DNA from: Candidatus Thalassarchaeaceae archaeon
Lineage (GTDB): Archaea; Thermoplasmatota; Poseidoniia; Poseidoniales; Thalassarchaeaceae
NCBI GenBank assembly: GCA_045568075.1
Contig: JBJLBP010000001.1
Coordinates: 1,080,001 to 1,112,000, forward strand
Length of the DNA stretch: 32,000 bases
Direction of reading: 5' to 3'
Shown: positions 1 to 9,000 of the stretch, one piece after another
Layout: each line of letters begins with the position of its first letter
How positions within the stretch are numbered: the first letter of the stretch is position 1
Program-made: the position numbers and the translations under genes
Notes under the pieces: model-generated
The model's input: the letters and a program-made list of their open reading frames with translations, nothing else
What the model was told of the DNA's origin: nothing
Databases searched by the model: none

Positions 1-818
1 GGGCACCAGTAATCGCAGGTATAGGTTACCTCTGCAGTGCTTCCAGACATGATTGAGAAAGAACCTGAGGCATAATCTCCATTCGGATATGAATCGAACT
101 CCAAAGATAGGAGTGCATTAGCATCAGGCGAGTCTGACCAATCTCCTGGAAATCCATTATCTGCAGGGAATGTTGTGATGTTCATGTGGTAATCAGGGAT
201 GCTGGCGTAGCCACAGTAGTAGCACCAGACCCATAGCAGAACTTCTTGGCCACCGAGGGCGCGAGACTGTCCTCCTAGACTGTTGTAGTTTCCAATGCAG
301 GTACCATCAGAACCGATTCCGACTTGGCCTGAAGTGCTGTAGTAGCAGTAACCCCACGAGTTGCCCGAATATGTGGAGTAGCCTGACATGGAAGCAGGCC
401 CGTATGCTGCCATGTATGCGTAGTTGTCATAGAAAGATCCTGTGCCCGACATGTTCCACTCGAGAGTGTATCTAACTCCGTAGCCAGGTTCCATATCTAC
501 AAGGAAAACATCAATGTTAGTTGTTGATGTAGAAGAGTAACCTGTCGCTTGCATGGTATTCCAGTAATCGACAGATTCCGGTCCGTCCTCCCACTCGAAA
601 TCAGAAGTGATATCCATCGCTCCTGAATAACCGACGCCTGCGTCGGTTCCTCGACAGGCATCTGCGCCTTGACAAGGTGATGGAGCTGCTTCCATCCTCA
701 GGCTGTTATCTTGTAATTCGGCCTTCTCCTCTGCTACGCTAATCACAGGTAGAACGCTCATTGTTATCATCATTAATGCTAGCACTATTGTTCGGGCTGT
801 CTTGCTTCGCATGGTCAT
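1..818 (-). CDS. Secreted Tyr/Gly/Ser/Cys-rich protein of unknown function; the 3' end runs off the window (partial)
   Basis: It is absent from the track because no stop codon lies in the window. My hand translation of the reverse strand from the ATG at 818-816 stays open to position 1 (MTMRSKTARTIVLALMMITMSVLPVISVAEEKAEL...CQGADACRGTDAGVGYSG...WCYYCGYASIPDYHMN...TYTCDYWC). It has an N-terminal hydrophobic signal/anchor and a GTDAG motif like the neighbouring giant protein. I recognise no enzymatic motif. Confidence 0.6.
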   Translation of the reverse strand, partial: MTMRSKTARTIVLALMMITMSVLPVISVAEEKAELQDNSLRMEAAPSPCQGADACRGTDAGVGYSGAMDITSDFEWEDGPESVDYWNTMQATGYSSTSTTNIDVFLVDMEPGYGVRYTLEWNMSGTGSFYDNYAYMAAYGPASMSGYSTYSGNSWGYCYYSTSGQVGIGSDGTCIGNYNSLGGQSRALGGQEVLLWVWCYYCGYASIPDYHMNITTFPADNGFPGDWSDSPDANALLSLEFDSYPNGDYASGSFSIMSGSTAEVTYTCDYWC

Positions 819-846
819 CACTGTCGCTAATCACACTATGTTAGTG

Positions 847-853
847 ATATAAT
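847..853 (-). promoter_or_regulatory. TATA-like box upstream of the 1..818 gene
   Basis: The minus strand reads ATTATAT about 29-35 nt upstream of the ATG at 818. That spacing fits an archaeal TATA box driving a leaderless or short-leader mRNA. This is a motif-only call. Confidence 0.3.
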
Positions 854-947
854 CATGTCGTCCCCTGTTCGTCCAACCCCCTATGGGGTTGTGAAAGAAA
901 GATGAGCATATTCACTACTGTCTGATGGGGTTTGGAGTTTATTTGTT

Positions 948-1003
948 AAAAAAATACCAATTTAAGGAAAAAAATATTCTAAATCAGCCATTTCAAAAAA
1001 AAA
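948..1003 (-). terminator. Oligo-T termination tracts downstream of the 1319-aa gene
   Basis: There are three A-runs on the plus strand (948-954, 968-974, 995-1003), which are T7, T7 and T9 on the minus strand. They lie 85-140 nt after the stop at 1087. Archaeal RNAP terminates at oligo-T tracts. Confidence 0.5.
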
Positions 1004-1086
1004 TAGGCTCAGAGGACAATCATGACTAGTATGATTCAGGAACGCTCATTCTAGCAAGGCCAGAATATTTCTGAGAGTAGTTCAGT

Positions 1087-4000
1087 TCAGAATCCAGGAG
1101 GTGGTGGTGGAATTTGTGAATCATCGTTGTCTGTATCGGGTTCACTACCAAACCCTGGTGGAGGAGGAGGCACTTCTGAATCGCTTGGTGCCATTACTTC
1201 TTCAAATCCAGGTGGTGCAGGTGGCACCTCCGATACCTCTTCGCTCTCAGCCTCAAATCCAGGGGGCGGAGGAGGGACTTCTTCCGAGTTGTCTTCGACC
1301 ACTTCATCCTCAAATCCAGGGGGCGGAGGAGGGACTTCTTCCGAGTTGTCTTCGACCACTTCATCCTCAAATCCAGGCGGTGCTGGAGGAATCTCAGAAT
1401 CTTCGCTTGGCTCATATTCTGCCCACGACTCAGTATCATCGTAGGATGAATACTGATCGTCGCCATAAGTTGCAGCCTCGTCATCCTTCTTGCGGACTAA
1501 CACGACCGCAGCCGTAGCTCCGATTGCAGCCAGAATCAGGATGAACACTAATGCCGTTAATCCCGGGTTGAGCTTCATGTGGTCGACAATAGATAGTGGG
1601 TGAGCATTGTCTCCAAGTCCGTCACTATTGCGATCTTCCCACTCAGTACCATCCTTAGGATAGACATCATTGACGTCAGGAACACCATCACCATCGTCGT
1701 CAGGATCGACGGCGTCACAGGTGCCATCTGCGTCTGTATCCAATGGCACTGAATTCGCAGATAGGCTGTCAGTACCGCACATTTGCTCTGCGTTGTCAGT
1801 CCAATCGTCGTTGTCGTCATCGATGTCAGCGTTGTTTCCTTGGCCGTCACCATCAGTGTCAGACCATTCATTTCCATTGAATGGGAATGCGTCGTCAACA
1901 TCTTGCACCTGATCGTTATCATCATCGATGTCGATGATGTCACAGAGCATATCCTGATCATTGTCCAGAGGGACACTGTTTGCATCAAGAGGATCTGAGC
2001 CACAATTTGGCTCATCAATATCTGCCCAACCATCACCATCGTCGTCTAAATCAGTGTGATCACCTACTCCGTCGCGGTCGGTATCATCCCACTCTGTAGC
2101 ATCGAATGGGAACCAATCGTTCACATCCTCGATGCCATCGTTATCGTCATCGTTATCTTCTAGGTCACAGATGTGATCATCGTCGAAGTCATCAGGCACG
2201 CTCCAAAGAGAAAATTGGTCTGTTCCACAACGCGCCTCTTCGGCATCGGTCCAACCATCGCCATCGTCATCCTCATCAGCGTTGTCACCGATTCCATCTC
2301 CATCGAAATCATCCCACTCAGATGGATCGCGCGGGAACTCGTCGTTATCGTCGAGATATCCATCACCATCGTCGTCGACGTCAGCATTGTCTCCAATGCC
2401 ATCTGAATCCAAATCATCCCACTCGTTAGGGTCTAGAGGGAATGCATCAACTGCATCAGATCTTCCGTCGCCATCATCGTCGTTATCTTCCTCATCGCAT
2501 TGACCATCTCCATCAGTATCTTGAGGTACTGAGAGCCTGTCCAGTGGGTCTGATAGGCAGTTTATTTCAGTTGAATCAGAGTATCCATCACCATCGTCAT
2601 CGTTATCAGAATTGTCACCGATTCCATCGTCATCGGTGTCGACCGATTCGTTCGGATCAAGTGGGAAAGCATCGTCGACATCGGGTACTCCGTCGCCATC
2701 GTCGTCCTCATCGACCGCATTACAGCTCAAGTCTCCATCAGTGTCGGTCGGCCTGCTGGCTGAATCCAAAGGATCGCTGCCACAGATATTCTCATCGGCG
2801 TCAGTCCAACCGTCGCCGTCGTCATCATCATCTCCATTGTCACCGACACCGTCGTTGTCTGTGTCGGTTTGCTCGTTAGGATCGAGCGGGAAATCATCAT
2901 CGTTGTCCACGACGCCGTCATCGTCGTCGTCGTTATCCATAGCGTCGCAGCGACCATCACCATCAGTATCCAACGGGTAATCACTTGCATCTTCAGGATC
3001 AGAACCGCAGTTGACTTCCTCAGTGTCCCAGAAACCATCGCCATCTGTGTCGAGCGTGAAGATCCATACACTGAGGTTGTAGATGCCCTCACCTTGCCAG
3101 GCGACAACGCGGAGTATGACGTCATCACCGCTAACGATAGAGCCGTTCGAAGTAACCATCTCGTCGCCATTGAGGTTCGTCGAGGAATCGATTGTTGAGT
3201 AATTCGATGCCCATCCGAGCACGAGATACGGAGTGATCTCGTTAGTGTCCGCTGTCATCTCGACAGCGATTCCATGATTCAACGGTACTGCGTATCGATA
3301 GAAGTCATTTGCATCGGTATCTATTGACGCCCAGCCTGTGAAATTGTTCAAGCCTGGATAAGTCTGGATATCAGAGGAATTGTCCGCTACATCTCCCGCA
3401 TCTGTTCCAAGCCCTGAATCATTCTGATTATTGGCAGGTAGATTCGCCTGATCTGAGAGAGTGATGTTTAGCAGATATTCACCTTCACCAGTCCACGCAT
3501 TCACGCGCACGAATACTGTTTCATTGGTGATATTCGTGGCACCACTAGACACCTCTTCGGGATTCGCATAGTAAGAATAATCGATGAATGCCCCTGCAGA
3601 ATCCATTAGAATCAAATCGTAATCATCGGTATTGTTCCATGATAGAGTCGCTTCAAGTAAGCACCAGCAGGTGACGTTGACTCGGTAGTAATCGTCGTCG
3701 TCGTCAGTATTCGAAATGTAACCTGAATAGCTACCATTGCTTTCAGGGAGGTCGGTTGGATAGGTCATGTTGTTTCCAGCATCGCCGCCAGTATTCGCAT
3801 CGTTCTGAGTGTCTGAGGTAGGGACCCCCGATACATTCTCCATTCCGAAGTTCATTGTGTAATTCGTATCACTAGACCACGCACGCACGCGGAAGAGAAC
3901 ATCGTCACCTCCTACAGTGGTTCCGTTTGCCGTGACCTCCTCTGGGTTGGAAGAGCCTGCTGCGTAGTCTACGGTATTCAGACCGGTTGAATCATACATG

Positions 4001-5046
4001 TAGATGTCAAGGTCTGCACTTGAGTTAGTCCACGATACTGAGGCCCAGATAGTGTAGTTTACTGGCACATATATGAGATACCAGTCCTCTTGATCCCAGG
4101 TGCTTGAAATCCATCCAGTGTAATTCCCACCTGTGGCTGGCACCGAGAGGTTCGTTGCGGCGGAGGCGGAGTTACCAGCGTCGTCACCGGTGCCGGCATC
4201 ATCTTGATTCGCACCTGGCTGACCTGCGCTCGAACCAAAGCCGTAGGAGAAATTGTAGTATCCTTCATCGGAAGAAGAGGCGATTTGAATGTAGACTGTT
4301 GTTCCGCCAACCAAGGTACCATTGGTGGAAATCGTCGACCAGGAATTGCCATAGTCGTAATCTATTGATGTCCCTGAGGAATCGAGCAAGCGGATGTGTG
4401 ACCCGTAGAAAGAAGCATTGGTGAAATCAACCATGTCTGCGTACACATAGTGGTTGGCAGGGACGCTGACAGCGTACCAGTCGGTCGAATCCCAGCTGTC
4501 TGAAATCCACCCCATGATTGTAGCATTTGGGGTGCTGACAGCTATTGCACCGGTTGAGTCAGCACCTGCATCGGTTCCGCTACCAGCATCATCCTGAGCG
4601 GAACCGGGTTGGCCAGAAGTTGAGAATATCCAAATCTGCAATGTGTATTGGCCTGATCCAGACCACAAATCGACCTCGATGAAGACTGTTGAGCCACCGA
4701 CATTGGTGCCATTCGAGGTTACGTCATCGACGCTCGTGCTATACGAGGAATCGATTGTGACGCCGGTTGAAGTTCGCAGAAGAAGATCGAAATCTGCTCC
4801 AGAGGGTGATGTTAGCTGAACTGCGACTCCAGTATATGCAGACATATTGATTCCGAAGTAATCGGTTCCGTCAGTACTACTGAGATTTCCATAATAGGTA
4901 GCATTGCTCGCCGGCAGATAGACCGCCGTCGAGGTGCTGCTTCCAGCATCTCCTCCACTTCCAGCATCATCGGCCACAACTAGCCCAGAGAGGGCTCCTA
5001 GCAGCATCAAGGCGACCATCGTTCGAGCGGTAAACGCACGCGTCAT
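1087..5046 (-). CDS. Giant type-I membrane-anchored, Ca-binding adhesin-like surface protein (5 PPC-like modules, 6 TSP3-like Asp-rich units, TM helix, polyproline tail)
   Basis: The signal peptide is MTRAFTARTMVALMLLGALSGLVVADD. Five ~125-aa modules each open with DDAGxGxDAG and contain D(W/Y)Y...DxDLxL...E/D-V-T/S-xNG...Y-x-L, a pre-peptidase C-terminal (PPC)-like pattern. Six ~75-aa units contain DxDxDGxxDxxD Asp loops (thrombospondin type-3-like) bracketed by Cys pairs. The TM helix is LTALVFILILAAIGATAAVVLV followed by RKK. The 135-aa acidic tail carries 6 PPGF motifs. N-x-S/T sequons are dense in the first ~650 aa. Confidence 0.85.
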   Translation of the reverse strand: MTRAFTARTMVALMLLGALSGLVVADDAGSGGDAGSSTSTAVYLPASNATYYGNLSSTDGTDYFGINMSAYTGVAVQLTSPSGADFDLLLRTSTGVTIDSSYSTSVDDVTSNGTNVGGSTVFIEVDLWSGSGQYTLQIWIFSTSGQPGSAQDDAGSGTDAGADSTGAIAVSTPNATIMGWISDSWDSTDWYAVSVPANHYVYADMVDFTNASFYGSHIRLLDSSGTSIDYDYGNSWSTISTNGTLVGGTTVYIQIASSSDEGYYNFSYGFGSSAGQPGANQDDAGTGDDAGNSASAATNLSVPATGGNYTGWISSTWDQEDWYLIYVPVNYTIWASVSWTNSSADLDIYMYDSTGLNTVDYAAGSSNPEEVTANGTTVGGDDVLFRVRAWSSDTNYTMNFGMENVSGVPTSDTQNDANTGGDAGNNMTYPTDLPESNGSYSGYISNTDDDDDYYRVNVTCWCLLEATLSWNNTDDYDLILMDSAGAFIDYSYYANPEEVSSGATNITNETVFVRVNAWTGEGEYLLNITLSDQANLPANNQNDSGLGTDAGDVADNSSDIQTYPGLNNFTGWASIDTDANDFYRYAVPLNHGIAVEMTADTNEITPYLVLGWASNYSTIDSSTNLNGDEMVTSNGSIVSGDDVILRVVAWQGEGIYNLSVWIFTLDTDGDGFWDTEEVNCGSDPEDASDYPLDTDGDGRCDAMDNDDDDDGVVDNDDDFPLDPNEQTDTDNDGVGDNGDDDDDGDGWTDADENICGSDPLDSASRPTDTDGDLSCNAVDEDDDGDGVPDVDDAFPLDPNESVDTDDDGIGDNSDNDDDGDGYSDSTEINCLSDPLDRLSVPQDTDGDGQCDEEDNDDDGDGRSDAVDAFPLDPNEWDDLDSDGIGDNADVDDDGDGYLDDNDEFPRDPSEWDDFDGDGIGDNADEDDDGDGWTDAEEARCGTDQFSLWSVPDDFDDDHICDLEDNDDDNDGIEDVNDWFPFDATEWDDTDRDGVGDHTDLDDDGDGWADIDEPNCGSDPLDANSVPLDNDQDMLCDIIDIDDDNDQVQDVDDAFPFNGNEWSDTDGDGQGNNADIDDDNDDWTDNAEQMCGTDSLSANSVPLDTDADGTCDAVDPDDDGDGVPDVNDVYPKDGTEWEDRNSDGLGDNAHPLSIVDHMKLNPGLTALVFILILAAIGATAAVVLVRKKDDEAATYGDDQYSSYDDTESWAEYEPSEDSEIPPAPPGFEDEVVEDNSEEVPPPPPGFEDEVVEDNSEEVPPPPPGFEAESEEVSEVPPAPPGFEEVMAPSDSEVPPPPPGFGSEPDTDNDDSQIPPPPPGF
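1253..1366. repeat. Perfect 57-bp tandem duplication (2 copies) inside the tail-coding region
   Basis: Positions 1253-1309 and 1310-1366 are identical by eye (tcaaatccagggggcggaggagggacttcttccgagttgtcttcgaccacttcatcc). Each copy encodes EDEVVEDNSEEVPPPPPGF. A diverged third copy begins at 1367. Confidence 0.85.
1606..3054 (-). repeat. Six in-frame ~225-bp coding repeats (Cys-bracketed TSP3-like Ca-binding units)
   Basis: The protein shows six units of the form W-x-D-x(3,4)-C-G-(S/T)-D-x(12-14)-D-x-D-x-D-x(1,2)-C-D...DDDGDG...FP-x-D...DxDxDGxGDN...DDDGDG. The copies are diverged at the DNA level. The GAT/GAC-rich sequence generates spurious H/R/S-rich ORFs on the plus strand. Confidence 0.7.
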
Positions 5047-5068
5047 GCACTAACGGTGCACAATCTGC

Positions 5069-5076
5069 ATATTAAA
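5069..5076 (-). promoter_or_regulatory. TATA-like box for the 1319-aa gene
   Basis: The minus strand reads TTTAATAT 23-30 nt upstream of the ATG at 5046, consistent with a leaderless archaeal transcript. This is a motif-only call. Confidence 0.35.
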
Positions 5077-5131
5077 TCGATGGCGCCGAGTCGGTGTGAA
5101 TTATGCACCGTCCTAGTGTGCGGGTTAGGCT

Positions 5132-6013
5132 TCAGGAATAATCGAAGAACCCAGAACCTGACTTGCGCCCAAGCTTACCTTCGGAGACCATGTCCTTGAG
5201 CAATTGTGAGGGCGCATACTTAGGGTCGCCTTCGAATCCCTCATGAAGGACGTTCATGATATGCAGAACCGTATCCAAACCGATTAGGTCAGCAAGTGCC
5301 AGAGGTCCGATTGGATGATTCATCCCGAGTTTCATTATACCGTCTATTGCTGCAGGTTCGGCCACGCCTTCTTCCAGCGTTAAGATGGCCTCATTGATCA
5401 TTGGACAAAGGATTCTATTCGAGATAAAACCAGGTGAATCATTGCACGCGAGGGCGGTCTTGCCCATTCTCTCGCTGGCTGCGACGACGTCAGCAGTGAC
5501 TCCTTCACTCGTATCGCTGCCGTTGATTATTTCGACGAGTTTCATCACTGGAACGGGATTCATGAAGTGCATCCCAATAACTCGATCTGGTCGACTTGTT
5601 GCTGCTGCAATCGCGTTAATCGATATGCTAGAGGTATTGCTTGCAAGAATCGCTTCTGGCTTGCAAATTTGATCCAATTCGGCGAAAGTAGAGAACTTCA
5701 GGTCGGGAATCTCGGGAATCGCTTCGACGACGAGGTCAGCATCAGCAGCCGCACTCTTATCAGTCGCAATTTTCACCCGTGCGAGAGCATTAGCAGCCTC
5801 CTCAGCAGTCATTCGCTCCTTCTTTACAACACGTGAAAGAGAGTTCTCAATAGCTGCCAAACCCTTGTCGACATATTCCTGTTTGATATCGATCATCGTG
5901 ACGTCGTAGCCAGCGCAGGCTGCGACCTGAGCGATGCCATTACCCATCTGTCCTGCTCCGAGAACTGCAATCTTCTCGATTCCCATGGACCGCTCGACAA
6001 GCGCGCTGCCCAT
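5132..6013 (-). CDS. hbd: 3-hydroxyacyl-CoA / 3-hydroxybutyryl-CoA dehydrogenase (NAD-binding)
   Basis: It has an N-terminal Rossmann motif, IAVLGAGQMGNGIAQVAA...YDVTMIDI. The body (NTSSISI...HFMNPVPVMKLVEI...GFISNRIL) and the C-terminal GRKSGSGFFDY are typical of the HBD/PaaH family. The start may be the ATG at 5986 (MGIEKIAVLGAG). It lies only 23 nt after the protease stop. Confidence 0.9.
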   Translation of the reverse strand: MGSALVERSMGIEKIAVLGAGQMGNGIAQVAACAGYDVTMIDIKQEYVDKGLAAIENSLSRVVKKERMTAEEAANALARVKIATDKSAAADADLVVEAIPEIPDLKFSTFAELDQICKPEAILASNTSSISINAIAAATSRPDRVIGMHFMNPVPVMKLVEIINGSDTSEGVTADVVAASERMGKTALACNDSPGFISNRILCPMINEAILTLEEGVAEPAAIDGIMKLGMNHPIGPLALADLIGLDTVLHIMNVLHEGFEGDPKYAPSQLLKDMVSEGKLGRKSGSGFFDYS

Positions 6014-6036
6014 GAAGCCTCGCCTTATCGTGAATG

Positions 6037-9000
6037 TCAGTCGAGGTCGATTGGCTCATCCTCAGGAACTCTATCTCGCCAATCAGAAACATCACGTTCA
6101 CCACGCGCCCATGCCCGTAATTCATCTTCCTCCGGCAAGGGCTCAGCTGGCATCTCAGAAATCTCAGGGTCGCTCTCTTCGAGCATCTCATCAAGCCAAT
6201 CCGAGACCTCTTCAATAGACTCCTCGGACTCAAGACGACGCGCACTGCGTCGATTCACCATGCGCATCGTCAAGCCCAGCATCGCAAGAGCAGAAATCAA
6301 GATACCAAGACCCCAGTAGAGTATCGGCCCACCGGCCTCAGCATCATCAATTGCCCAATCAAACCAATCCTGATACAGCACCTCAATGCTTGTCTCATTG
6401 GTATTCCCGCCAAGATCGATAGTCGTAGCGCTCACTACATGCCATGATGCATTCGCAGGCACCCCCAGTTGAACAGTGAAATTACCCGAATCTCCGCAAA
6501 CGAAACTAGTGCTCGAAACCTCTGTCCAAATCGTTACACTCGCCCTCGTCTCACAGACTCCCGAAATTACCCGAACAGGCTCTAAATTAGTCGTTCGATT
6601 CGCCACCTGAGTCAGATTCAGGCGTGGTGAAATAGTGTCACTCTCGACATATAACCAGTAACTTTGGACGTGGTCGAGAGCCTCAATCACAAGATAGAAT
6701 TCGTTGTCCCCCTCATCAAGCGCTAATTCAACCTCAACGAAAGAAGCACCCGGCTCGAACGAATAAGTTGGCTCAATATCTCCGAGGTCAGACGCTTCAG
6801 CCCCCTCCGGAACATGAGTCACATTAGCCCATTGATTAGGTCCGCGTGAGAAGACCAATTGCACGCTTTCAGTTCCAACAACAGTGCCATCCCAAATAGC
6901 CCAAACCTGACTTACATAAAGTGAAGGTTCGAGGGTCAAGGTTTGGCATTCGTGGAAGCGGTTTTCGTTATGCTGACCCCTTGTTACATCCCAGGCATCA
7001 ATACAGAATTCGTGGTCTCCTGTCTGGTTTAATTCGAAGAAGAGACCACCATACGTTGCGTCCCACACCTCAACTTGCACGCCATTGTGTGTGAACACCA
7101 AATCCACGTTCTCACTAGCCGTCCAGGACAATCCCAAACGGTGGTCAGATAGCAGCCCGTCAGCAGACGGGCTGATGTCCCATTCCACATCAGGTAATGT
7201 TCTATCAAGACTCAATGAGTATTCTTCTGAATGAGAATTACCTGCCCAATCAACGACTTCTAAGACGATGCGATAAGAATCGTCTGGCACTTCTGTGAGA
7301 TCCCAAAATGGATCTTCGATATGAGTGACGGGTGAGGGTTGTCCAATTTCCTCAGAGTTAAACACATACGGGAATACAGAGTATTCACGACATTGTTCAA
7401 TAGTTTCTATCTGATCTCCTTCGATGGAAATACACGTCGATTTGACGTCGGGACTCAAAATTACTTCAGTAATGAAAGCGGTTAGATTTAGGGGGACTTC
7501 GGTCCAAGATTGATTGAGATATTCATACTCGGGTTGAGTGGAAATAACATTCACTTTTTGGATATCTGGAAGTGTACTATCGAGAACAACTTGCCAACTA
7601 TTCTCATGTAGGTTTCCTGAAGGATCAGTGACTGAAAGTGAGAACGAATTATTTCCCGTTGCATAGTAGATATGAGATGGTTCATCAATAGAATCCGCTC
7701 CTATAAATTCGATTTCTGATTCCTCAAGATACACAATATATTCAACAAATCCTGTTCCATTTATTGCGACAATATCTCCACTATGCCGGAATACAGCGTC
7801 AGATTCGGTTTGCACCGATATCAGTAATTCCGATTCATTCGTTATTTGAGGAATATGAGAGAGGATCATTGTTGGTGCAGTCGTGTCGAATTTTACAGAT
7901 AGCCAATCGGCAGCAGAGCGGCCTGAGAGGTCGGCGATGTTTGCTTGATATTCATGCCACTGCTCGGCTGCCGGAAGTGTCGAATTGACCCACACTTCAC
8001 GGAAGGTCAGATTCGATGAATGATTACCTGAATTCCATAGATTGGTGATGTTGAGCGTCGAGAGATTCCACAGAGTTGCCTCGACACTCGTCGCATTGGG
8101 CACACTTGTATCATTATTCAAGCCGGACCAACTGAATTCATCCAATGCGAAACCGCTACCGATATCTTGCGCGTGCAGAGCCAGAGGCAGTATCAGGTTC
8201 GTCTCGGTGAGATTATCTGGAGTGACGAATTCGATTTCGGGGTCGAGGTCAATCAACTCGTAAGTGAATGGCATCCTCATATCGATGCCACCTTCTAGCG
8301 TAACCTCGACAAAGCCCTGCCAGACGCCTTCGCTGTCCGGCATCTCATAATCCACTACCAACTCAAGCGCTCCCTCTGGAACAGCTCCAGCCAGAGTCGT
8401 AGAACCACTCGGCCATTGTGCAGCAATCTCGCTCGCATTCAGCATCGTCGCATTAGTCACATTCAGCATAGTTCCGGCAATGACTTCAACCTCAAGCCAG
8501 AACTGAACACTATCACTCACAGACCAACCATGAACTGCCACAGAGTAATTGCCATCGCTGGGTGACAGAATATCGATACTCTCAGCACTGGTACTAGACC
8601 ATGAGCGTGTCACCTCTTCGTTCGACTCGAACTCTCCGTCTTCGTCAGAATCTCTGAACAGATACAGGTCGAGATCAGCCTCTTCGAAAGCATCCATCCT
8701 AATGCTCAATTCGGCCGCGTCAGCCACTGAGAAATTATGCCACCAAGACGCGCTCATCTTATCATTGGATGTGTCCTGATAAGCAGTTTCATTTTCGAAA
8801 TATATCGGTTGAGTCCAACCAAAAGATCGGATACTCTCGAGCGGCATGGGAACCGTAGAAACAACATGAATCGTCTCCTCGCCACTCCCCTCAGACCAGT
8901 CGGTAACAACCTTGTGAAAGCCCGACTGCTCGGCAGCCACATATCCTACAGAGATATTCAGGGCGTTATCGTTCGTGGTTACGCCATGATGTGCGGTATG

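Noticed and set aside
1087-1494. I considered whether the repeated PGF motifs at the C-terminus are a PGF-CTERM archaeosortase sorting signal.
   Set aside because: A PGF-CTERM signal is a single PGF followed by a TM helix and a short basic end. Here the TM helix precedes the motifs, there are six copies, the tail is acidic, and the protein ends on PGF with no hydrophobic segment after it.
1606-3054. I considered whether the periodic repeats are a CRISPR array or a non-coding tandem array.
   Set aside because: The repeats are ~225 bp, diverged and in-frame, and they lie inside one long ORF. There is no short repeat/spacer organisation and there are no cas genes.
1101-3198. Many plus-strand ORFs are rich in H/R/S/G (for example 1127-1444, 2106-2429, 2442-2879, 2612-2980).
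   Set aside because: They are mirror-frame artefacts of the GAT/GAC- and CCN-rich repeats that encode the Asp loops and the polyproline tail on the minus strand.
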